From NCBI GenBank assembly GCA_047638115.1, contig JBLJBB010000010.1, forward strand, positions 18,172 through 82,171: DNA of 64,000 nucleotides, written 5' to 3'. Every line of letters begins with the position of its first letter. Positions within the stretch are counted from its first letter, which is position 1. The DNA is from Bacteroidales bacterium. Its GTDB lineage: Bacteria; Bacteroidota; Bacteroidia; Bacteroidales; WCHB1-69. A program made the translations under genes and the position numbers. The notes under the pieces were generated by a model, which saw only the letters and a program-made list of their open reading frames with translations, had not been told where the DNA came from and ran no database searches. Positions 55,599 through 64,000 of this stretch are shown in pieces.

Positions 55599-56420
55599 AT
55601 GTCTGAATATTTATCAACAAATGTCTCTAAAGTTACGACAAATTTACTCAGAAAAATGCGTAATGAAGGGGAAAAAATCGCAATGTTAACAGCTTACGAT
55701 TTTTCAACAGCTCGATTATTAGATCAAGCTAAGATCGACATCATACTTGTAGGAGATTCTGCTGCTAATGTGATGGCAGGATACAAAACAACTTTACCCA
55801 TAACTTTAAACGAGATGATATATCATGCATCATCCGTAGTTAGAGCCGTTGAAAGAGCTCTAGTTGTAGTAGATATGCCTTTTGGGACATATCAGGGCAA
55901 TTCGAAGGAAGCTCTCTCATCTGCTATCAGAATAATGAAAGAATCGGGTGCAGATGCCGTAAAAATGGAGGGAGGAGTTGAGATCTCAGAAAGTATTGAC
56001 AGAATTTTATCTGCTGGAATTCCGGTAATGGGACATTTAGGGCTCATGCCTCAATCGATCAATAAGTATGGAACTTATTCGGTAAGGGGGACAGAAGAGA
56101 AGGAAGCCGAGAAAATACTCCGGGATGCAAAAATCTTGGAAGAACACGGTTGTTTTGGAATTGTCTTGGAAAAAATACCAGCTGATTTCGCCAAACAAGT
56201 AACTGATTCAATTTCAATCCCAACAATAGGTATTGGAGCTGGGCCACATACCAGTGGACAAGTATTGGTTTTCCATGATATGATGGGCTATAGTCTTCAG
56301 TTTTCTCCAAGATTTTTAAGAAGATACCACAATTTTAGTAAAGAGATCATAAATGCTGTGGAACACTATATTCATGATGTAAAAACTTCAGATTTTCCTA
56401 ACGATAAAGAACAATATTAA
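55599..56420 (+). CDS. panB: 3-methyl-2-oxobutanoate hydroxymethyltransferase
   Basis: [37 protein letters not shown], then [11 protein letters not shown] and KMEGG. The ATG at 55599 (MSEYLS...) is preferred, because the longer ORF overlaps cstA. Confidence 0.9.
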   Translation: MSEYLSTNVSKVTTNLLRKMRNEGEKIAMLTAYDFSTARLLDQAKIDIILVGDSAANVMAGYKTTLPITLNEMIYHASSVVRAVERALVVVDMPFGTYQGNSKEALSSAIRIMKESGADAVKMEGGVEISESIDRILSAGIPVMGHLGLMPQSINKYGTYSVRGTEEKEAEKILRDAKILEEHGCFGIVLEKIPADFAKQVTDSISIPTIGIGAGPHTSGQVLVFHDMMGYSLQFSPRFLRRYHNFSKEIINAVEHYIHDVKTSDFPNDKEQY

Positions 56421-57121
56421 TGTTGCCTCCAGAATTAGAAGAATTAGAAAAAAGAGTTTTATACGAAGATAATCACATCATTGTGATTAATAAAAAAACT
56501 GGCGAGATTGTTCAAGGTGATAAAACTGGCGATAAACCCCTAGTTGAATTAGTCCGTGAATATCTCAAAGAGAAATATCAAAAACCAGGGAATGTATTTT
56601 GTGTGGCCATTCATAGGATTGACAGACCGGTTAGTGGGGTAGTTATGTTTGCAAAAACCTCTAAAGGTTTAACCAAAATGGCAGAACTGATTAAAGAGAG
56701 AAATATTTCAAAAATCTATTGGGCTATTGTTGAACAACGACCTGAATTTGAATCAGAAAAACTGATTCATTACTTAAAAAAGAATGAAAAGTTAAATAGA
56801 AGCTATGCTTCAGATACTCCAAAACCTGGATATTTAACTGCTGAACTGCAATATACAATAATTGGAGAATCTCAGAGATATTGCTTGCTTGAAGTAGAAC
56901 TATTTACAGGCAGACATCATCAAATACGAGTACAACTTTCAACTATAGGATGTATCATTAAGGGGGATTTAAAGTACGGAGCAAAACGGCCAAATCCTGA
57001 TGCATCAATTGGATTACATGCAAGAAAAGTTATCTTTGAACACCCCATTTCTAAGAAACATATTGAGATTGTTGCCACACCCTTAGGTGATCATTTTAAT
57101 AAAATTTGGGAAAATGAATAA
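56420..57121 (+). CDS. RluA-family pseudouridine synthase
   Basis: Catalytic motif HRIDRPVSGVVMFAKT and GRHHQIRVQL. TAATG overlap with panB. Confidence 0.9.
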   Translation: MLPPELEELEKRVLYEDNHIIVINKKTGEIVQGDKTGDKPLVELVREYLKEKYQKPGNVFCVAIHRIDRPVSGVVMFAKTSKGLTKMAELIKERNISKIYWAIVEQRPEFESEKLIHYLKKNEKLNRSYASDTPKPGYLTAELQYTIIGESQRYCLLEVELFTGRHHQIRVQLSTIGCIIKGDLKYGAKRPNPDASIGLHARKVIFEHPISKKHIEIVATPLGDHFNKIWENE

Positions 57122-57139
57122 CTCGATTTAATTTTTTAG

Positions 57140-57147
57140 TATTTTTG
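57140..57147 (+). promoter_or_regulatory. candidate -7 box TATTTTTG for the T9SS-CTD hypothetical gene
   Basis: Exact match, 49 nt upstream of the ATG at 57196. Confidence 0.5.
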
Positions 57148-57195
57148 TGGTCTAAATAATAAATCGATTATAAATTAAAAAAATATAGATACATC

Positions 57196-57924
57196 ATGAA
57201 AAAGCTTTTTACCCTGTTATTGATATTGGCAAGTTTATCCTCTTTTGGACAAGGAATTGTTTTAAAATATGAAAACCAAGTAGTAAATAATAACGATACT
57301 ATAACATATATTGCAACTGAATTAAATAATGATAATACAATTTTTATTGACATTGAAAATACTACCTCTCAAGAATTAGGCATAATGGTTCAACGTCAAA
57401 TAATCACTTTAATCAACAATGCAACAACTTCATTTTGTATTGGAGATCTTTGTTTAGATGCTGATTTAAGCGTGTTTCCTGAAGTTATTGCAGCAGGAGG
57501 ATCTCTTACTCATGCTAACCAAGGGGATAGAGCTTTTCACATTTTTTACAATCCAAATGGATCTTACGGTGTTTCTTTAATCAAATACACTTTTTTTGAT
57601 GAAACAACTCCTACTATTGCAACAAGCTTATATATCAGAATTGATAATACTGTTTCTGTTTCAGAAACTAAACCAAATACAGCAATATTTGCTTATCCAA
57701 ATCCAGCCATTGACAAAGTAACTATCGAACACTCTTTAAACACTAATACCACCGATGCAAAATTAGTAATTAGAAATATTACTGGAGTAGTTGTATATAG
57801 TTCTGTAATTGGCAATTCTTCTAAAACATCGATTTTACTAGATAATTTTACATCTGGAATCTATTTTTATTCTATTGAACTCAATAATAAGAGTGTTATT
57901 ACTAAGAAATTGATTGTTAAATAG
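57196..57924 (+). CDS. hypothetical secreted protein with T9SS C-terminal sorting domain
   Basis: Signal peptide. The C-terminus AYPNPAIDKVTIEH...GIYFYSIELNNKSVITKKLIVK is a type-A CTD. Confidence 0.75.
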   Translation: MKKLFTLLLILASLSSFGQGIVLKYENQVVNNNDTITYIATELNNDNTIFIDIENTTSQELGIMVQRQIITLINNATTSFCIGDLCLDADLSVFPEVIAAGGSLTHANQGDRAFHIFYNPNGSYGVSLIKYTFFDETTPTIATSLYIRIDNTVSVSETKPNTAIFAYPNPAIDKVTIEHSLNTNTTDAKLVIRNITGVVVYSSVIGNSSKTSILLDNFTSGIYFYSIELNNKSVITKKLIVK

Positions 57925-57952
57925 ATTGTTTTCACGTACAAACTAAAACATT

Positions 57953-58663
57953 GTGGAAACGACATCCTCTATATTTGAAAATTCCCAAGTATCTTTATTT
58001 GGGAATTTTCTTATGTATATATCACACATACAAAATCTTGCAACAGTCGTATTAACTATTTCATTGGTTATCATAACCACATTGTTTGTGGCTTATAGAA
58101 ATAAAATCACACTTTTATTAACATCACTATTTTCTCAAAGACATTTATCGCAACTTCAAAGAGAAGGGAAATTAGCCAATAAAGATCTTTTTTTCTGGGT
58201 GCAAATTATTATTCTGATTGTTCAGGCACTTTTTTTATTCATAGCGTTACAATATTTTTTTCCTAAAATTTACAATTTACTTTTACCCATTTATCTATAT
58301 CTGATATTGATCATAATCGTTTTTATCGATTATTCTATAAAAAGAGTAGCTAACTATTTTTATATGAGTTTGTTTGAGATCCAAGATGAGATCCCCACTT
58401 ACTCATTATATAAACTATTTTATAGTTTTACCAATTCAACTCTTCTACTGATTATACTACCACTTTCACTATATACCACAAATTGGAAACTCATTTTTCT
58501 ATATATCCCTGTGTTTTTGACAACATTTTTAGTAACTACATTTAAACTTTTTACAATTAATAAAATTAAGATAAAAATATTCCATTTTTTTATTTATTTT
58601 TGCACTCTTGAAATTTTACCTTACTTGGTAGTATTGAAATTCTTAATAACATACAACAAGTAG
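57953..58663 (+). CDS. DUF4271 domain-containing membrane protein
   Basis: About six TM helices. Its position immediately upstream of a HemD-like gene is the arrangement I recall for DUF4271 in Bacteroidota. The GTG start is uncertain; an internal ATG lies at 58013. Confidence 0.5.
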   Translation: METTSSIFENSQVSLFGNFLMYISHIQNLATVVLTISLVIITTLFVAYRNKITLLLTSLFSQRHLSQLQREGKLANKDLFFWVQIIILIVQALFLFIALQYFFPKIYNLLLPIYLYLILIIIVFIDYSIKRVANYFYMSLFEIQDEIPTYSLYKLFYSFTNSTLLLIILPLSLYTTNWKLIFLYIPVFLTTFLVTTFKLFTINKIKIKIFHFFIYFCTLEILPYLVVLKFLITYNK

Positions 58664-58693
58664 CTGATATTGAATGCTTTAATGTAATAAAAA

Positions 58694-59458
58694 ATGAAAA
58701 TTAAAAACATCCTTATTTCACAAATTGCTCCTGCTGATTTTGAAAAGTCTCCATATGCTGATCTGAAAAAAAAATATAGCATTAATATTGATTTTTATAA
58801 ATTCTTTAAAATTGAGAGTGTTCCAGGGATTGAATTTCGCAAATCAAAAATTTACATTCTTAATCATTCTGCTATTGTTTTTGCAAGTACCAGTACGATA
58901 GATCATTTCTTTGCTCTGGTAAAAGAATTAAGAATAGATATCCCTGAAACCATGAAGTATTTTTGTATTACTGATCAAACAGCTCATTACTTACAAAAAT
59001 ATATTCCATACAGAAAAAGAAAAGTTTTCTTTGCAAAGAATAATAATCCAGCGGGTATTTTTGATTTGTTTTTAAAAAATAAAGAACTTAAATATTTAGT
59101 ACCTTGTGGTAGTGAAGCAGTAGGTACTCGTTTTGCTGATTTTTTTGAAAAAAATGGCATTGAATATAATCAAGCGATTGTTTTTAACACAATTCCTGCA
59201 GATTTAAAAAATGATATTGATATTTCTAAATACGATTTAATCATATTTTTTAGTCCTTCAGGTGTTCAATCTCTTAAATTCAATTATCCTGATTTTGAAC
59301 AAGGAGAGATGGCTTTCGGGGCATTAGGAACTGCAGCTGTTGATGCCGTAAAAGCTGAAGGTTGGACTCTTCATGTGGAAGCACCTACAAAAGAAGCTCC
59401 TTCTATTACAGTTGCCCTTGATCACTTCTTGAAAGAACATGCTACAAGAAGAAGATAA
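58694..59458 (+). CDS. uroporphyrinogen-III synthase (HemD)-like protein
   Basis: ~250 aa with a two-lobed HemD-like pattern (ILISQ...AIVFASTSTIDHFF...IIFFSPSGVQSL). Confidence 0.65.
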   Translation: MKIKNILISQIAPADFEKSPYADLKKKYSINIDFYKFFKIESVPGIEFRKSKIYILNHSAIVFASTSTIDHFFALVKELRIDIPETMKYFCITDQTAHYLQKYIPYRKRKVFFAKNNNPAGIFDLFLKNKELKYLVPCGSEAVGTRFADFFEKNGIEYNQAIVFNTIPADLKNDIDISKYDLIIFFSPSGVQSLKFNYPDFEQGEMAFGALGTAAVDAVKAEGWTLHVEAPTKEAPSITVALDHFLKEHATRRR

Positions 59459-59846
59459 TCATAAGAAAAAATACTCTTTCCCAAAATCTGAGAGGTTATG
59501 TTCAAAAAAAGCGATTGAAGAGCTTGTTGAACTAAACTCAACCCTTTTTGTTCATCCTCTAAAGTGTTATTTTCAATTTTTTCCAATCCAGAATGGTGAA
59601 ATTAACAATGAAATTTTATTTACTGTACCTAAAAGAAATTTTAAAAAAGCTGTAGATAGAAATAAAATTAAAAGAAGATTAAAAGAAGCATTCCGTTTGA
59701 ATAAATTTGAATTATTAAATGATTCAACGATACAAAAATCAAGAAAAGTTAAAATTTTAATTGTATATATTGGAAAAGAGATAGAATCTTTTTCACTTCT
59801 CCAACATAGCTTGGTCTGTTTACTAGAAAAAATTGCAACTAAATAG
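59439..59846 (+). CDS. rnpA: ribonuclease P protein component
   Basis: FPKSERLCSKKAIEELV and the basic RNR-like block VDRNKIKRRLKEAFR. It overlaps the upstream gene by 20 nt. Confidence 0.85.
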   Translation: MLQEEDNHKKKYSFPKSERLCSKKAIEELVELNSTLFVHPLKCYFQFFPIQNGEINNEILFTVPKRNFKKAVDRNKIKRRLKEAFRLNKFELLNDSTIQKSRKVKILIVYIGKEIESFSLLQHSLVCLLEKIATK

Positions 59847-60001
59847 TAATCTGATCATTACAATTTTATTTTTAATATATTTCATTTTTTTCACTTTTTT
59901 TTTGATTTGCTTATATTATATATATGATTATATTGTATTTTTGCGGCTTGATTTTTTAAATAAAAATACTCTAAAAATCTAAATTATATACTTTAATATT
60001 T

Positions 60002-62458
60002 ATGAAAATATCATTAAATTGGCTAAAACAGTATCTCACCTTTGATTTACAACCTATAGAAATTGGTAAATTACTCACTAGTTGTGGATTAGAAGTTGAA
60101 TCTATCGACACATATCAGTCTATAAAAGGGGGGCTTGAAGGATTGGTTATTGGAGAAGTTCTTACTTGCGAAAAGCATCCAGACTCTGATCACTTACATA
60201 TTACCACTGTAAATATTGGCAGTGAAAATATTTTAAATATTGTTTGTGGAGCATCTAATGTAGCTGCTGGACAAAAAGTTGTTGTTGCTACTATTGGAAC
60301 TGTTTTATATACAGAAAATTCCTCTTTTACTATAAAAAAATCAAAAATCAGAGGTGCACTTTCTGAAGGAATGATTTGTGCTGAAGATGAAATTGGGATT
60401 GGAACATCTCATGAAGGGATTATGGTTTTACCTACTGACGTGATTGTGGGAACACCAGCTTCAGAATACTTTAATGTTGAAAATGATTATATTTTTGAGA
60501 TTGGGCTCACTCCCAATCGAAGCGATGCCACTTCACACTATGGTGTTGCTAGAGATCTGTATGCTGTACTAAAACATAATGGAATCCCATGCTCACCTCT
60601 TTTGCTACCAATCACAACGGATATCATTCCCACTTCCAAAAAACATAAAATCAGTATTTCGGTTGAAAACAGTGTTGATTGCCCTAGATATTCTGGGTTA
60701 TGCTTTGATCAGATTACGGTAAAAGATTCTCCAGAATGGCTTCAAAATAGACTCAAATCGATTGGTGTTAGACCTGTTAACAACATAGTTGATATTACAC
60801 AATACATTATGTTCGAAATCGGACAACCTTTACATGCCTTTGATAGTGATTTTATTAAGGGTAATGAAATAATTGTCAAAAATTTACCAAAGAAAACTCC
60901 ATTTATAACACTTGAAGGAAATAAAATTGAATTACATGAGGAGGATCTTATGATCTGTAATGCACAAGAAGGGATGTGTATTGCTGGAGTTTATGGAGGT
61001 TTAAACTCAGGTGTTACCCATAAAACAACCAATATTTTTATTGAAAGTGCATATTTTAATCCTGTTTCTGTAAGAAAAACATCCAAAAGGCACAATCTTA
61101 AAACCGATGCAGCATTTAGATTTGAAAGAGGTTGTGATCCTGATGTTACACTATATGCACTTCAAAGAGCTGCAAATCTTATTCAAGAAATAGCAGGAGG
61201 TGTATTAGTCTCTGAAATAATTGATATATATCCCACTGAAATTGAAAGAAAAACTATACAGCTTTTAATTTCTGATGTTGAAAAATTGATTGGAAAACCC
61301 ATTGAATTTAATGTTATCACAAATATTTTACATTATTTGGGTTTTGACATGACGCATCATGATTCAAATCAAATACTAGTTGCTGTTCCATTAAATAAAA
61401 CAGACGTTACTCGACCTGTAGATTTAATTGAAGAGATACTTAGGATTTATGGATACAATAATGTTGAAGATCCACTTACTTTCAACTATACTCCAAATCA
61501 AAAAGCTCAGTTTTCGATTTCAAACCTTCAGAAAATGGTTTCATTATACCTTTCGGGGATTGGTTTTTTTGAAATAATGAATAACTCATTAACAAAAAAC
61601 ACATACTCTAAAGATTACGATTTTATCAATGAAAATGAAGTGATACATCTTTTAAATCCTATTAGTAGTGATTTAAATGCTATGAGGCAGACTCTTCTTT
61701 TTTCTGGATTAGAAACCATTGTAAGAAATGTGAACAATCGTAATCTAAACTTACAACTTTTTGAATTTGGAAAAACATATTCCTTAAATACAAATACCAA
61801 AGAAGAGGATGTAACGGTTAGATTTGTTGAGAAAGAGACCTTAGCTCTATTTTTAACAGGCAAAAGAATAGAGGAATCATGGAATCAATCTGGAGTTGAT
61901 GTTGATTTCTTTTATTTAAAAAATGTGATTCATAATATATTACTCAAAAATAATTTCCCCATTCAGGATATTACTTGTAAGAGTGATTCAACAAGTCTAT
62001 TTTTAGAAAATCTTACATACGAATTCAATGAAACACCTATTGTAAAATTTGGTCAAATTCACCCCAAAATATTAAAGAATTTTGATCTAAAGAAACCTGT
62101 GTTTTATGCGGAAATAGATGTTAAATTACTATTAATACACTCTCAAAACAGAACCATAAATTATAAACCTATCCCCAATTATCCATCAGTTAGTAGGGAT
62201 TTATCATTAGTTATTGATGCTCATGTTTCTTACAGTACTCTTGAAACTATAGCATATAAATATGGGACATCAAAATTAAAGAAAGTATCATTATTTGACG
62301 TGTATGAAGGGGAAAAGTTAGAAGCTGGGAAGAGGTCATACGCTTTAAATTTTATTTTGCAGAATGATGAAAAGACTTTAACTGAAGAGGACATTAATAA
62401 AATCATGAATAAATTAATCTCAGCATTTGAACGAGAGTGTGGTGCAAAATTAAGATAA
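60002..62458 (+). CDS. pheT: phenylalanine--tRNA ligase beta subunit
   Basis: MKISLNWLKQYL start, tRNA-binding OB domain (HPDSDHLHITTVNIG), B3/4 and B5 domains, and a C-terminal FDX-ACB domain. Confidence 0.97.
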   Translation: MKISLNWLKQYLTFDLQPIEIGKLLTSCGLEVESIDTYQSIKGGLEGLVIGEVLTCEKHPDSDHLHITTVNIGSENILNIVCGASNVAAGQKVVVATIGTVLYTENSSFTIKKSKIRGALSEGMICAEDEIGIGTSHEGIMVLPTDVIVGTPASEYFNVENDYIFEIGLTPNRSDATSHYGVARDLYAVLKHNGIPCSPLLLPITTDIIPTSKKHKISISVENSVDCPRYSGLCFDQITVKDSPEWLQNRLKSIGVRPVNNIVDITQYIMFEIGQPLHAFDSDFIKGNEIIVKNLPKKTPFITLEGNKIELHEEDLMICNAQEGMCIAGVYGGLNSGVTHKTTNIFIESAYFNPVSVRKTSKRHNLKTDAAFRFERGCDPDVTLYALQRAANLIQEIAGGVLVSEIIDIYPTEIERKTIQLLISDVEKLIGKPIEFNVITNILHYLGFDMTHHDSNQILVAVPLNKTDVTRPVDLIEEILRIYGYNNVEDPLTFNYTPNQKAQFSISNLQKMVSLYLSGIGFFEIMNNSLTKNTYSKDYDFINENEVIHLLNPISSDLNAMRQTLLFSGLETIVRNVNNRNLNLQLFEFGKTYSLNTNTKEEDVTVRFVEKETLALFLTGKRIEESWNQSGVDVDFFYLKNVIHNILLKNNFPIQDITCKSDSTSLFLENLTYEFNETPIVKFGQIHPKILKNFDLKKPVFYAEIDVKLLLIHSQNRTINYKPIPNYPSVSRDLSLVIDAHVSYSTLETIAYKYGTSKLKKVSLFDVYEGEKLEAGKRSYALNFILQNDEKTLTEEDINKIMNKLISAFERECGAKLR

Positions 62459-62462
62459 TACA

Positions 62463-63038
62463 ATGAAAATCATCACATCTCTTCAAGATATTAATTTTAC
62501 TGGAAGTACCATTGTTACCATTGGTTCATTTGATGGTGTCCACAAGGGGCATCGACAAGTACTGAAACAATTGTCAGAAAGTGCCAAAGAGAAAAATTTA
62601 ACGAGTGTTGTAATAACCTTTGAGCCACATCCTCAAATTGTATTACATCCAAATTCAGATTTCTTTTTAATATCTAATTATGAACAAAAAATTGAGCTAT
62701 TATCAAAAGAACAGATTGACATTTTACTTATACTTCCTTTTTCAAAAGATTTTGCTGAGATAAGTTCATCTGACTTTATTCAAGAGATATTGGTTAAAAA
62801 ACTAAACACCAAAGCGATAGTAATGGGTCCTAATCACAGATTTGGGAAAAATCGGAAAGGTGATTTTGAGTCATTTCACGAATTATTTGAAAAAAACGAA
62901 ATTGAAATTATAAGAATTCATGAATTTTTACTACACGAAATTGCAGTACGATCCACACAAATTCGTAAAAAAATATCTAATAGAGAATTTGCAGAAGCAG
63001 AAGAACTATTAGGTCACAATTTATTTATAAAGAACTAA
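62463..63038 (+). CDS. FAD synthetase (FMN adenylyltransferase) domain protein lacking a riboflavin kinase domain
   Basis: GSFDGVHKGHRQVL nucleotidyltransferase motif and TFEPHP block. At 191 aa, only the N-terminal half of a RibF is present. Confidence 0.75.
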   Translation: MKIITSLQDINFTGSTIVTIGSFDGVHKGHRQVLKQLSESAKEKNLTSVVITFEPHPQIVLHPNSDFFLISNYEQKIELLSKEQIDILLILPFSKDFAEISSSDFIQEILVKKLNTKAIVMGPNHRFGKNRKGDFESFHELFEKNEIEIIRIHEFLLHEIAVRSTQIRKKISNREFAEAEELLGHNLFIKN

Positions 63039-63062
63039 ATTACACACAATAAAAAAAACACA

Positions 63063-64000
63063 ATGAGTAAACAACTTATCATCGTTGAGTCACCTGCGAA
63101 GGCAAAAACTATTCAAAAATTTATTGATAAAGAGTATGAGGTGATCTCCAGCAAGGGGCATGTTCGTGATCTTCCACAAAAAGATATTGGTATAGATATT
63201 ACCAAGAGTTTTCTTCCAAAATACGAAGTGATGGCGGATAAGAAAAAGTTAATAGCTGATATTAAGAAAATGGCACATGAAGCAGATTGTGTATTACTTG
63301 CAACCGATGATGACCGCGAAGGGGAAGCGATTTCATGGCATTTAATGGAAGCTGCTCAAATACCTGCAGACAAAGTAAAAAGAATTGTATTTCACGAAAT
63401 TACTAAATCTGCTATTGAAAAAGCGATAAAAAATCCACGGGATCTTGATATCGATTTAGTAAATGCGCAACAAGCACGTAGGATTTTAGATCGTTTGGTT
63501 GGGTTTGAACTATCTCCAGTTTTATGGAGAAAAGTTAAACCACAATTATCTGCGGGTAGAGTTCAATCTGTTGCTGTTAAACTTATTGTTGAAAGAGAAA
63601 GAGAAATTGGTAAATTTAATGTAAATTCATCATATAAAATAGTTGGGAACTTTTATCCTGATGGAAGTAAAAAATTAGAATTTGATGCTGATCTCAATCA
63701 TAGATTTGACACAAAAGAGGAAGCACTCACTTTTTTAAATGCTTGTAAAGAAGCTTCATTTCACATTTCAGCCATTGAAAAAAATCCATCTAAAAAATCT
63801 CCATCAGCACCATTTACAACTTCAACACTACAACAAGAAGCTAGTAGAAAATTAGGGTTTTCTGTAAGTAAAACAATGGTTATTGCTCAACAATTATATG
63901 AAGCAGGGTATATCACATATATGAGAACTGACTCAGTAACACTTTCAGATTTTGCTCTTGAATCTACAAAAGAAGAGATCATTAATCTGTATGGTATAGA
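63063..64000 (+). CDS. topA: DNA topoisomerase I (3' end off-window)
   Basis: Not in the ORF track because no stop is reached. Toprim start MSKQLIIVESPAKAKTIQKFI...GHVRDLP, with DDDREGEAISWH. The frame stays open to position 64000. Confidence 0.95.
   Translation, partial: MSKQLIIVESPAKAKTIQKFIDKEYEVISSKGHVRDLPQKDIGIDITKSFLPKYEVMADKKKLIADIKKMAHEADCVLLATDDDREGEAISWHLMEAAQIPADKVKRIVFHEITKSAIEKAIKNPRDLDIDLVNAQQARRILDRLVGFELSPVLWRKVKPQLSAGRVQSVAVKLIVEREREIGKFNVNSSYKIVGNFYPDGSKKLEFDADLNHRFDTKEEALTFLNACKEASFHISAIEKNPSKKSPSAPFTTSTLQQEASRKLGFSVSKTMVIAQQLYEAGYITYMRTDSVTLSDFALESTKEEIINLYGI

Noticed and set aside
59847-60001. Regulatory leader (T-box or attenuator) upstream of pheT.
   Set aside because: The 155-nt region is almost pure A/T with no specifier or antiterminator-like stems. 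Only an inexact -7-like motif (TATTTTTTG near 59935-59943) is present.

Overview
This is an AT-rich chromosomal segment, roughly one-third GC by eye (not computed), and it looks like a Bacteroidota genome. Support: four proteins end in type-A T9SS sorting domains, many genes sit 15-60 nt downstream of the phylum-typical -7 box TAnnTTTG, and there are no obvious Shine-Dalgarno sites. I call about 50 CDS, one tRNA-Leu(GAG), five hairpin terminators and 18 candidate promoters.

Most content is core:
- PBP1A, S46 dipeptidyl-peptidase, PlsC-type acyltransferase, groES-groEL, fused FtcD.
- panB, an RluA-family synthase, rnpA, pheT, topA (runs off the right edge).
- A sodium/sugar symporter with galK and galM, plus cstA.
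- A TetR-TolC-HlyD-2xABC-2xABC-2 efflux operon.
- A PocR-kinase / CheY / hybrid-kinase phosphorelay.

I found no CRISPR array, transposase, integrase, reverse transcriptase or recognisable defence system.

The things ORF calling does not explain, and which I would look at again:
1. A family of degenerate 7-, 8- and 14-bp tandem word arrays sits in four intergenic regions. The clearest is a perfect-register (AGGGCRA)x10 G-run array between galK and galM. Three other arrays lie immediately upstream of -7 boxes.
2. A 4.1-kb five-gene accessory islet lies between groEL and ftcD. It carries an HMA-CDF transporter, a CMD-family protein, a YhcG/DUF1016 nuclease, DUF3788 and DUF2200, and is bracketed by a perfect 10-bp inverted repeat.
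3. A 1496-aa secreted protein with no motif I recognise is packed head-to-tail with the symporter-galK-galM genes. It is transcribed divergently from a 1542-aa mosaic surface protein.
4. A five-gene operon encodes only exported proteins.

All functional calls rest on motif recognition by eye. No database search, HMM, folding or statistics was run.
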